A stretch of 64,000 bases of DNA from Paraspadella gotoi (lineage: Eukaryota > Animalia > Chaetognatha), in NCBI GenBank assembly GCA_051294375.1, contig CM119264.1:22903826-22967825 (forward strand), read 5' to 3'. How positions within the stretch are numbered: position 1 is the stretch's first letter; every line of letters begins with the position of its first letter. The notes beneath the pieces are model-generated. The model did not search any database. It saw only the letters and a list, made by a program, of their open reading frames with translations, and was not told where the DNA came from. Below, piece by piece: positions 17,301 to 29,159 of this stretch. Both the position numbers and the translations under genes were made by a program.

Positions 17301-19472
17301 TAAATTCTTTAAACATAGGCTTTTGAAAAAAAGTTTTTGGGTTTTTATTGTGGAAAGGTTTTTATTTATTCTTCCCTTCGGGTAATACAAATTTATTTTT
17401 TGTCTTTTGTCTTTTTTTCCTTACCTCCTTCACGTGATTTCTGTTTCACCCTTTCTCATCTTTTATTCGATACTCAGTCGATCCCAAGACTCAAAGTATC
17501 TTGGATCTCTTGGTCAGCGGATCGAAACCGAGAGATGAAACGAGATTAAAAAGAATCAGAGAAGAAATCGAGATTCTGAGACGAAAATGCGACGAATTGG
17601 GAAGAAGGAATCGAATCGTCTTTGAAGGGTTTAATCCAAAGAGAATGCGTTTGAGAGAGATGACTAAAAGGTTTGGTAAAGGTCGATGACAAAGTAGAAG
17701 AACAAAGTTGATGACAAATTCGCGTAAAGATCGATGCATAGTCTTAACAAGTTGCTGATGGTGAAAGCAATATTTACCAAGTTGAAATGGAAGTTGACAA
17801 AAATGGCGGCAAAAATTAATAAAGAAACTGGAGTGAAACCTAAAGATAAAAGTGACACGTTGGGGATGAACTTCGATTTAAAAAAGTTGACCACGTCATG
17901 TCAACAGCCTCAGAGGGAGTCAAGGTTGACAACGACGCCATCGTCCTCGCATCAACTACAGATCAATTTGAAGAAATTGAAATTAACGCCATAGCTTGCA
18001 TTGACGCAGCAATCTCGGATGGCACCGTCGAGACTCTGTTTGACGGTGAAGCGTCCATCGTCGCGTCAGATGGCGAAGATTCGTCGTTGAAAGAGAAGGA
18101 GGCTGAAGGCGAAAGCGATTCAGTTTTAGGGAAGAAAAAAATGACGGAGGAAAGAAAAGAAAACGTCATCGTTGACGACAAAGAATCTTTAATTTTTGCG
18201 GAGAAGGAGGAGGAGGAAGAGGAGGAGGATGAGGAAAAGAAAAGAGAAAAATTCGATTTTGGCGACGACAAATTGAAGGAAAATGGAAAAACATTTGACG
18301 AAAAAACTTTTTCGGTCGAAGACGTGGACGGGAGATTCGAGGCAGGAGAATCCTCTATTAGAAGCAAAGATGGAGAAGGAAACGAACGGGAAGCATCTTC
18401 TAATCGAATCAAAGATGGCGGCGAAGGAGAAAACGAATCCGAACAAGTTGATTGCGTAAAAATGGTTGAAGATATCGTGTTTAATGATCGGGAAATGAAT
18501 GATGGGAAAGTTGAGGTAGTAGTTGATCAAGACGTAAAGTTGACTGTTTCTGACGTGGAAAGAGATAAAATCACTAAGTGTTATGTGGAAGATTTGAAAG
18601 AAGATTTCGAAGACGAGGAGATAATTTTTTTAAAGGAAAAGACAGAAGAAGAAAGTCGCGAAGACTTTTTGTGCAAAGAGTCTGAACAATCAGACGAAAA
18701 ACTTTCCCCTGTTTTTGCCCAATCAGAATTGAAAGAAGGTGATACTATTTCATGCCTTGACCAATCGGAGACGACTTTGAAGGACGATGGAGAAGAAGAA
18801 AGTTGGGTGGGGGAATCAGAAGAAAACTTTATTGATCACGAGCAAAATTCAAATTCTAACACAGTCGAAATGAATACCAACATTGAGGAAAATGAAAATG
18901 AAATATCCGATACTGAAAGTAAAACAAAGGTGGACGTTCCCACAGATGGCATCACAAATTGGGAGAAAAAAATTGAATTGAATGAGTCAGAAATCACGGA
19001 TTCCTTGATTGATAGTTCGAAAAGAGAAGAAAAAGAATCCAATGATTTCACGAACGAAGAAATTGATGAAAATGACGCAAATGAGGAATCGATCATGGAC
19101 GCTCTGATGATCCATCATAATCAATCCGAGTTGGAAAGCCTCGATAGAAAAGAGGACGACGATCCGCACGATGACAGTCATCACGATGAAAATCAGTTTG
19201 AATTTCCGCATGACGACACCGCGCAAGTCATTAGTCCAGGAGATGAAAGTCTTTATGATAATATAGACGAGCGTCACGACAGTCTACGAGATGACAGCAA
19301 CCAGATTGAGGAGCACCACAATGACGTCACCGAGGGCAAGCCGCTCTCTCGCGCTTTGACCTTCGACGAATCGGACAACAACTTGGAGGATCTGAAGTCA
19401 ATGGTGGAAGAGTTGGACGAAGCAGTGGAGTCGCTTGGCGAAGACCTTTTGATTCTCGCGGACGATGAGTGA
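14334..19472 (+). CDS. Unknown gene ending in a large acidic (D/E-rich) exon, ~17477-19472; upstream exons are noisy and duplicated
   Basis: Clean 524-aa ORF at 17898-19472. It extends upstream through frameshifts to an acceptor at ~17476 (VDPKTQSILDLLVSGSKPRDETRLKRIREEIEILRRKC, coiled-coil-like). Small exons at ~14334-14426 and ~14502-14620 (EIKRAPLATEKTKRILLAVYDAVN) recur in degraded form at 16440-16950. Confidence 0.6.
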
Positions 19473-20051
19473 CGGTCAAGTCAACGACGCTGTTTCCTGT
19501 TTTCTGTTTTCTTCCATATTTATTTTATTGCTTGTTTTTGCAAACAAAAGCCTCAGATTTTCAGATTGAGAAAGACACGGAATTTTTGGAAGTGACGATT
19601 TCATGTCTTGGCCTAATATTTTTAAAATTGGTTTTTGTGAATAAAATTAATTTTGGCAGTTTCGTCATGGAGCTTGCTGCTATGGCGTGTATCTTATTAG
19701 CTTTTTTTAATTAAATACCTTAATTCGAAATTTTTACCTGGTCATACGGTAAAATATTTTGTCTTTCTCTCCCTCTCTCCATTTTTCCCTTACTTTCCCT
19801 CGCCGACAATTCTTCCTAATTGACTGGGACAAAAAAGATGAGAACGATGATTTCAAAATGACTGTTTATTCTCGAATGCTGTGAAAATCTTAATTCTAAT
19901 TAATCCTGCCTTATTATTTGTATCAGTAATTAAAAACGTGATAACTGACTTTGATTGATTTTTCTATGCAAAATTTCGGAAGTTTGTACCAGAGTTCTGC
20001 CGTTTTGAAAAAGAGAGAGAGAGAAAGAGAGAGAAAGAGAGAGAAAGAGAG

Positions 20052-20151
<100 letters not shown>

Positions 20152-20159
20152 TGAGTTAT

Positions 20160-23100
20160 ACTCAAGCGAGTCTCACCAATTTCGTCGTCGGCGAATTCCG
20201 ACGTCGAGAGATCGAAGTCCGACGTCGCGGAGGCGATCGAGATGGCGGAGGCGGCGGAGGCGGCGTCCCAGTCGATGTTGTCGGCGCCGGATGCGAGAAA
20301 GTCGGAGATCGATGAGGCGACGGAGGCGCTGCGGCGCGGGAGGGAGGCGCGGGAGGGGGCTTGGCGAACGCCGGGCGTCATGGCTTAATGGATATAGTTA
20401 GAATAAATTCGGTTGAATAGTAACTGAAACTTAATATCAGATAGAAATAACGAAACGCAATTTTGTGCAGCAACAGATTTTTTATGTATTACAATTTCTT
20501 TATTATATATTATCGAATCTCATTTCAAATTCCTCTCATTTTGTTGTATTTTAGTCTCAATCCTTAGTTTTAACATTCCTATCTGACCTTATATTATCTA
20601 CCACTAATCAAGTTATCTAATTCTTGCATTTGGATCCTTTCCTGACCCGTAACTTACCCGCCTTCCATCGGTATCTGACTTCCATCTCCGGCGTTTCCAT
20701 GTGTTGGACGAAGTAAGGATCCAAATCCACGGGGAAGCCGTCGTCCAAGGCAGCGTCGGGTAAGGAACCTGCAGTGACAAAACTTATGCCAAATGCTGGG
20801 AGAATAATAATAATTATAATGAGAGTCATTACATATTTAGCGTTCATAAATAACCTGAGTCGGAAAAGTAGGCCAACGACCGCCGGGAGCCGATGCTCTT
20901 TCGTTGGTCTAGTTTTGATTTTCTCCGCTGGAGGAGCTGCCTGTTGCGTTCGGCCATTTGTTGGTAGAGTTGAACCAAATGAACATCGCGGACGTCTGGG
21001 GCGGAGACACGCTTGGTCAGAGGGTGGGGAGGATGGGCGGCAGAAGGATGGGCGAATGAGGAGGAAGAGGAGGAGGAAGAGGAGGAGGCGTGACGGAAAC
21101 GATCCTGGGGAATAAACAGAAAATAATTAGTTGAGGTATTTACTAAATACTATTTAGTGTTCATTTGATTTGATTTTTATTTTTTACATAGTTCATTTAG
21201 TCTTCTCATTGTTAAAATGACACATTTTCAACCATTTGTTAAGGTTCGCCTCAAACTGTCACGTTATGACCCGATCTGACACCCTCCTGTTAACGGTTTG
21301 ACTCCCTCCTGTTAACGGTATGACACCGTCCTGTTAACGGTTTGACACCCTCCTGTTAACGGTTTGACACCCTCCTGTTAACAGTTTGTCACCCTCCTGT
21401 TAACCTCGTGAAAAGTCGCTGACTGAGTCATTCCCTTTCTCATCGGCGTGTCTCTCCATGAAGTGAGTCGGTCAAAAGGGAGAGATGAACGAGAGAGACT
21501 TGATGGAAGCTTCTGTAAGAAAATAAGGATTGATTGATTGATTGATTGATTGATAAATAATGTAGGGGAACTATTGAATTCCATGAAGAATCAATTTTTC
21601 CCACCCGCCCCTATATCAATCTCACTCTGTCTGAGTTTCCGGCAGCGCCAAAAAATTTTCGATGTCGGCGACGGGCGCTGTAGGATTGTCCGGCGCCCGG
21701 CGCTGCAGGGGGCGCGGGGCGTCGTCTCGCTCTCGACCGGCGCCGCATGATCTCATAAACCGGAGAGAGAAGAGTCTCGTCCCAGGAGGCGCGATCGAGC
21801 CCGGCGCTCGGAGAGGTGGGCGAATTGGCCCCCGGACCGCGTCCTCCATTTCCGGTTCGGGCGGAGGCGGAGGGCGTCGTCGAAGGAAGCCGGAGGTGGC
21901 GGAGAAGAGGGCGGCGCTGGAGGCGAGGAGGATTGGCCAGCGGCGGTGCCGTAGTCGCTGTGAGAGGCTGTGAGGGAATAGAGGGGGAAGGAGAATTGAA
22001 TTGATTGGTCATTGGTTTTTAATGATTGGCTTATTTATTTATATTAGTTAACTGATTGGTTGATTGATTTATTTCTCGAGTTTACGCTCACCGGCCGAGT
22101 CGACGGCGCTCGGTACAGCCACAACGTTTGTCCGTTTTTCAGCGGAATGGACGTCGGCGGCGGAAATTCGTCGTGTCTTCGGCGTGACAAAGGGAGTGTC
22201 ACGTGTTGGGAAGGTCGTATCGGAAACTCGATCTACCTTCGCCTAAACGGTCAAGAAAAAAGAGAAAAAATTAAATTATTTGAAAAAAAAGAGGTGGACC
22301 AGGAGACCAGGATACATTAATATTTACAATTTCTCACCGTCAAATTTTCGCCGCTTCGTCGCCGCTGGAGCTCCTTCGACCGTTCTCCTACTGAGACATT
22401 CGCCCCTTCCGAGACCAAATTCCTGCGCGGTCGATTGGAGCGATTCTGACTTAGATAGGAGCGCCGCAGTCTTTGCCTGGAGTGACTCCAGCAGAGCCTG
22501 TTTATCCGGAGGGAGGGAAGAGGAGCGACGCATCCGGCGGAGATGGAGCATGAGAGCCAATTCGAGGGCGGTGTCGTNNNNNNNNNNNNNNNNNNNNNNN
22601 NNNNNNNNNNNNNNNNNNNNNNNNNNNNNNNNNNNNNNNNNNNNNNNNNNNNNNNNNNNNNNNNNNNNNNNNNNNNNNNNNNNNNNNNNNNNNNNNNNNN
22701 NNNNNNNNNNNNNNNNNNNNNNNNNNNNNNNNNNNNNNNNNNNNNNNNNNNNNNNNNNNNNNNNNNNNNNNNNNNNNNNNNNNNNNNNNNNNNNNNNNNN
22801 NNNNNNNNNNNNNNNNNNNNNNNNNNNNNNNNNNNNNNNNNNNNTGTAACGGGATGATCACCTTCTTCATTAGAATTGTCCTTCGCTCCAAATGGTTTCG
22901 TGAACTGGCCGATTGGAACTAGATAAGAAAGAAATGAATGAATTATAATTATTTGAATTTAGAGAAAACAAAGTGTTTATGAATTTGTGACAACGATTTA
23001 TTTTAATGCAACTAGATGCATTTCGAGTGAAGATTTTTTTTCCTATCCAGTCGCTATCCTTCTCATACCTTTAAGACTCCCTAAGGTAGCTTCTCTCCTA

Positions 23101-24093
23101 GCAGTAGCATACCAAGTTTTCCCCCGATGCAAAATCCACCCCTCCCCACCAAACCACAACACCACCATACCTTTTCCCTCTCCCCCTCGCCTCGTCCAAG
23201 CCCGCCCTTTTTCCTCCTCTTCGCCGACAGGGGGCGGCCTTGCGGACGAGGGCGGGAGGTGGGAGGATGACGGTGACCGGGAGAAAGACGCTACGCTACG
23301 TAAGGCGCTTGCCGAGAGGAGTGGCGCCCTCAGCGGCGAAAGTCTCCGCAGCGACGTCGGCGAGTCGAGCGGCGACAGCGACGGCGTCGTCGAAGCCGGA
23401 GTCGTGTCGACGGAAGCGGCGCCGGAGCGGCGGCGTCGTGGCGAAAGGCGGCGCTGGAGAGTCGTTGAAATATATGAAATATATATATATAATGTTCTAT
23501 TATTTTTTGAAAATTAGATAAGAAAAGTCCAAAACCAGCACATTTGTCGCGTTTCCCTATTGAATCTTTTTCTTTCAACCAACATTTTTTTATTCAATTC
23601 TGTAGAAAATACCTAAAAGATTTTCATCACATACTAAATTACTCAAATTCATACTGATATAAAAATGTTTTGTCTCTATACGCTTGGCAACCTTTTGAAC
23701 TTCGTTGTCATCAAGAGATTGCTCGGTACTGTCAAAAGGGTTGAGATGCTTGGCATCGATTAAATTGCTCCTCTCTTCGGAATCCTCAGCGAAGACTTTC
23801 TGTTTGGCATCGTTGATGCCCTTGGCTACGTTGGACCGGTTGTCAAAGTAATCATCGCCGTCGCAGCCGTCGTCGCCGCAGCCGCCGTCGCCGCCACCGC
23901 AGCTCCGGGTCAGCGCGGCGCGGATCAAAAGTCCCAAAAGGAAGAGAAGAAAATGAAAAAGAAATCGACGGATTTTGAGGCCGACGTCTCGACCCACCCG
24001 GTCAACGCGAGACAGACTCCAATAGGTCGAGCGTTCGGATCCAGGGCGAGAAGGAATTTTCTCTTCGTCGCCCTCCTCGCTCGGTGATGCCAT
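20160..24093 (-). CDS. Unknown multi-exon gene: Ser/Pro/Arg-rich disordered protein with an N-terminal hydrophobic segment
   Basis: ATG at 24093 (MASPSEEGDEEK...FLFHFLLFLLGLLIRAALT). GC-rich exon blocks with GT/AG boundaries at ~23450-23190, 22920-22850, 22577-22337, 22243-22090, 21960-21627, 21512-21405, 21105-20860, 20770-20658 and 20384-20160. No domain recognised. Confidence 0.55.
21277..21406. repeat. ~22-bp minisatellite x6 (CCCTCCTGTTAACGGTTTGACA), intronic
   Basis: Directly visible tandem units. Confidence 0.9.
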
Positions 24094-24489
24094 TTTAGGA
24101 AAATGGCAGAGGAGTGGAAGAAAAAACGAAGGAAGATGGCGAATAATGAGAAAGAAAGGCGAAGGAAGATGGGAAAAAGGGGAAATGGTGAAAGTGAATC
24201 TTCCACGTGTCCGTTTTTTACTTTCTCCGTTGTGAAGCTCAGGCGACGTGGATTCAAAACAAAACGAAACAAAACAAAACGAATCAGAAACGAAGGGAGC
24301 AGAATTATGATGTTTTGCCGGAGGACACGTTTTCATGGTGACGAGGGCGTGTCTCTGATTTTGCTTTTAGTTTTGCCGACTGTTGTTTATGTTATTAAAA
24401 TTGTTTTTTCTAAATGTTTTTTATACATTTATGCAGTAAATGAAATAAAAGTAAAGAAAAGAGAAATAAGAGTTTAAAACCGAGTTCAA

Positions 24490-27400
24490 TATTGCAAGAC
24501 GGATTGCGATTCATTGTTCAATCGCGCTTTGGTGCCATTGTCTGACAAGAAGAAGCTTCAATGGCGATTCTGCCGTATTCTTCCTTCACTTTTAACTTCG
24601 CTCGTGACAGCTGAGGTCATAATGCGGCATTTAGCGGAATCCAACCGCGATTTTACGGCATTTAGCGATTACGCGAGAGTATTCGTAGCTGTATTTTCTA
24701 GTAGGAAAATATTGTGATGCGAAACTGAAAGAAAATGGAAGAAAACAAAAGAGAAAATATTGAAAAAGAAAGTTGCAGTCCAGTAAAAGAAAGAGCCTTA
24801 CTTCCGGAAGACGGATTCTCGGTGCCCAGTTTTTACGAACGACGTAACCAAAATCCCTTGACAGATACGTTATTTGATTCAGCTCGGCTGAAATTGGAAA
24901 GAATTGGGAGCGGAGGAGGAGGAGAAGGAAAGAGGAAGAGGAAAGGAGAGAGAGACGAGGTTGGGAAAAGATTTTCGATAAAAGGGAGGAGAATAAGGGT
25001 AATGAAAGGAGAAAGGAAAGAGAAAAGAAGAAAAGAGAAGAAAATAGATAATATTAGAAGAGAAAAGAGAAAAAAAGAATGAAAAGAGAAGAGATCAAAA
25101 CTGAGATGAGAAATTTGGATCAGCAAGTGAAGAAATAGAAAGGAGAGAGGCGATGTGAAAAAAAAAAGAGAAGGTAAAAGGAGATAGTTTTAAAAGAAAA
25201 GAGCGAGGGGAGAAGATGGAGTAAAAAGTGAGGGAGAAGAGGAGGAGAAGGAGGAAGAAGAAGCAGAGGAGACTCAAATTCGCTGAATTTCATTTTCGTG
25301 GGAAAAGATCGAAGTTGGCAGGAAAAGTTTCATGAGAGGAAAAAGGAAGAGAAGAGAAGGAAAGAGAAGTGAAATGATAAAGAGAAAGAAAGAAACAAAA
25401 AGAGAAATAAAGAAAGAAAGAAAGAAGGTGATGAATGTCAAAAAAAAAAAAGAATTACATATAAATGCTCGTCGTCAATGGATATTATTAAGTTGACCAC
25501 GGAGATTTTAAGCTACAGATTTTTTTTTAGCTCTGGGTTAGAGCGCGGAATAAAATTAATCATGGGTCAGCTTTTTTGCGGATTTCGGAACAAGGTCAAT
25601 GGTTCTTTCTTTTTTTTTTACAAAAATTTGTATTTTAATATTTTTTAAATTAAAAAACGTATTATTTTTTTGTACAGTTTTTAACTTTATACTAACTACT
25701 GGAAAACGAGAGGGAGACTGACAGCATTTGAAATTGACTACGATCAAGCGCTGGCTCCTTATGAACGAAAAAGAAGAGAAAAGTGGAAAATTAGAATCAA
25801 ATTTAAAACATGACACTGTTAATGATAATGATTTACTATAAACTAATTTCTTTTGTGAATAATGTATGTTTGATAGCATGAGATGGTAGATTGATTGTTT
25901 TTAAAAAATCTGCTAGTTGTGTTATGGATATCTATCAGGAAATTTAGGACAAGATTTAATTACAATTTAACCAAATAATGCAAATATCATTATATCTTTC
26001 ATTATTCGATTGTGTAATTATTTATCATATCCTCTTTTAATGAGCATTTTCATATTTCTGGTTACTATTTTAAATTCGTTTATTTATATAATATATAAAT
26101 AAACGAATTTAAAATAGTAACCAGAAATATGAAAATGCAAATATATCTACTCGGAGATCTTTAAGCTTTTAAAGCCGTAAAAAAGTAAGTCAAATTAATT
26201 TAAGATGAATCGAAAGTATACCTTTTCTTAAAAGTTCCATTTCATGATATTTTATGAGTTCAACTTTCCTTTTCAAATCTCGTTACAGTCGCACGCACAT
26301 TATTTGTATATTCCAGTCATTCCCGATAAAGATATTTTCGACCCATTGGTGAGTCTGCAAAATAGTTTCAAGTTTTTCTGTATCAATTCGTCTTTGTAGT
26401 AAATATTTTTGCGCCTAGTTAAACTGCAATATGCTAATTCGTTTTAAAGAGAAATTTTGACTCTTCGCCGAGTAAGAGCCGCGTTTTGCATGAAACTGCT
26501 TGGCAGCAAACTGTCGGTTCTAAAGACCATATTCGTGATCTCAATGAAAAGTGGAGGTGGTCGAAAAAAAAATCCAAAATAATTTCTTAGCGTGCGATGG
26601 AAATTCTAAAGAATTCGTTAGGGGATGTGATTTATTTCTTATAAAAATAATACTTAATAAATAATAAAACGTTTACACCATAAGAATTCAATGATCACAA
26701 GACCTACAGATCCAAAGCCCAATGGAAATGAAACGCGAGAGACGTGATTCCGAATCCTATAATTCTTTCTCTCCATCTGAGCCTCGAAATTCGCCCGTCC
26801 CACTTTCCATCCATCTTTTTAGCGATTAGACGGGCATCGGTCCAACCATCTGAAGCATCTTTTTAAACAGCCCATCAGTGACTCCAGCTTTAAATCTGTA
26901 GGTCTATGAATCCTTTCCAATCCTTAATATGTTTTTCTTTATTATTAGATTTTAGTAGGAAATGATGGAAAGGTCGTTGACCTTATACTGCAGATGCTCT
27001 TTTTTTCTTAAAAGCACCGCGAACTTCAACATTTTTTCTCACAAGAGAGAGGGACCAACACGTAGCCGGAGCTTAACAAAAGATCAGTCGCAAGATACTG
27101 GACGAGAGATAAGGTCTTTGGAGATGGACCCATGCATTATGCAAAAAGGAAGTCAGATTTTTTATGGAGCTTCTTGTTTCATAAGTCGGCCTGACACGAG
27201 CATTGAGCAAGCGGTGGTTTTGTTTTCTCTCTTTCGTAGTTTTGTCATTTCTCGCACTTGTTTCGCTTGACTTTCGTTGCGTTAATTTATTTGCTTTAGT
27301 TTGCTGTATACATCTATATTATTTTACAATAGCAAAATTTAAGCTACAGACGAGCGAAAATGATCAGTCAGTTTGAAAATATTAACAAGATCAATCGGAC

Positions 27401-27590
27401 GAAAATACAGTTCAGTAAATTCTTACCTGCCGATGTCTCGTTTTCCCGACGGGTATGTCGAGGGCGCAGGACGTAATACTTCGCGGGACGGCTCGGGGCT
27501 GCGAAGATGGAGCAGATGAGGCGGTAGAGAAGGGCACATCCCAGCCCGATCCCCACCCCAACCAGGCACAGAAGGGAAGTTCTCTTCACT
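24490..27590 (-). CDS. Probable spliced gene for a type II membrane protein; downstream exons noisy
   Basis: Exon 27588-27426 reads VKRTSLLCLVGVGIGLGCALLYRLICSIFAAP... with a CAG acceptor and GTAAG donor. Exon ~24887-24802 reads AELNQITYLSRDFGYVVRKNWAPRIRLPE. Intermediate exons could not be phased. Confidence 0.35.
26044..26138. repeat. Perfect palindrome: 47-bp arms, 1-nt spacer
   Basis: 26044-26090 is the exact reverse complement of 26092-26138. Confidence 0.95.
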
Positions 27591-27792
27591 GAAGGAGGAA
27601 AGTGTTGTGGGCGGGGGGAACGCAAGGGAACAGGGGAAGGGAAAGGGAAAAATAATATTAATTGGTTGATTAAAATTTGATTTTATTTGTTGTAGCTTAG
27701 CTCTCTTGGTTGTTAACATTTTTAGATATCCTATAGAAAAAATAAAGTAACGCGGAAATAAAGGAACAAAGATGGAAAAAGGAAAAACAAAA

Positions 27793-28623
27793 CTAACTCC
27801 GAGAAAAAAGCCTAATCCTCATTGCCAGACTCCAGCAGAAACCAGATGGCGTAAGTCGTTGCGCCAATGCAACTACAGGCATCAATTGCACCGTCGGTGA
27901 CAATTCCATTGGCGTCGCAGATTCTACCGGCGCGCGAGACTCGCGGCCAATTCCTGATTTTGAAGTCACGAGAATTCGATGACACGAAATTCGCGTATCA
28001 TAATCTGAGCTGCCCGGCGTCGCCTTCAAATCCAGCGTAGCTTTCAATACCGGCGTCGTCATCAAATCCGGCGCCGCGAGAAGCGGATTAGCATCGACGC
28101 CTCCGCGCGGTCGACGATTCCCGGCGTCGAATCGGATCGACGAGGATGAGCCGGCGTTGAAGACAAAGACGGCGCCGCGGGAGGGAAGAAAGGGCGAGGA
28201 GTGGAGAGAGGAAGAGAGGGAGAAAGGGGAGGAAGAAGAAGAGATAGAGGAGGTNNNNNNNNNNNNNNNNNNNNNNNNNNNNNNNNNNNNNNNNNNNNNN
28301 NNNNNNNNNNNNNNNNNNNNNNNNNNNNNNNNNNNNNNNNNNNNNNNNNNNNNNNNNNNNNNNNNNNNNNNNNNNNNNNNNNNNNNNNNNNNNNNNNNNN
28401 NNNNCGAACGAGAAGAGGAGGAAGAGGTGAAAGTGGAAGTGATGTAGGAAAAAACTGACGAAGAAAAAGAAGTCGATTTGGAGGACAAGTTCGAGGTCTC
28501 ATTCTGGGCGAGAGCGACGGAAGAGTCGATGCCGCCGTCGACACCGCCGTCACCACAGCCGCCGTCTCCGCACCCGCCACCGCCGCTGTTGCCGCGGCCG
28601 TTGATTTTGGCTCGTTTCTCCAT
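27793..28623 (-). CDS. Possible ORF or exon of a low-complexity Gly/Ser-rich protein (spans an N gap)
   Basis: Open on the minus strand either side of the gap; the two plus frames checked contain stops. No domain recognised. Confidence 0.3.
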   Translation of the reverse strand: MEKRAKINGRGNSGGGGCGDGGCGDGGVDGGIDSSVALAQNETSNLSSKSTSFSSSVFSYITSTFTSSSSSRSXXXXXXXXXXXXXXXXXXXXXXXXXXXXXXXXXXXXXXXXXXXXXXXXXXTSSISSSSSPFSLSSSLHSSPFLPSRGAVFVFNAGSSSSIRFDAGNRRPRGGVDANPLLAAPDLMTTPVLKATLDLKATPGSSDYDTRISCHRILVTSKSGIGRESRAPVESATPMELSPTVQLMPVVALAQRLTPSGFCWSLAMRIRLFSRS

Positions 28624-29159
28624 CGCCTCAGGATGATCTTTTGTTTTTGTTTTTGTTTTTTTTTGTCAGGGAAATAGAAAAGGAAGCCAAAATCAATTCT
28701 GCCCAAAGGCTAAGACATCATATCATGATAACTAGAATTCGTTGTTGATTGCTGAAGCTCTGGTTAAGTGAATCTGGTCAATAGATTCGTCATGTAATTA
28801 ATTAAAAAGCTTCTTTTCAAAAGGGTGATTTAGTTTCTATGGCAAATTTTTTTCTGTTTGTTCGTTTCTCATACATAATTTTTCAAAAAATTTTTTCATA
28901 AATTTTTTTTTGATTTCTCGGCCGTTTTGTATCAGTAGCCGTCCTTTATTTTCGAAATTTTATAGCGTCGAAATAATTCACTTTTTTTTTCTCTTTTTCC
29001 CCGAAAAAAGTATTAAAACCGAGAATAAAAAATTAAGCGAGTACAACATTAATAAAACATGAAAAATCTCGTGCGGATCGAAGAAGAATAAGAGGATGAA
29101 AAATCGTCAGAGAAAAAAAAAGTGAAAAAAAACCCCAAGAATGTGACTGGGATTGACTA

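Noticed and set aside
21277-21406. Palindrome-containing repeat array resembling CRISPR repeats or iterons
   Set aside because: Simple intronic minisatellite with no spacers.
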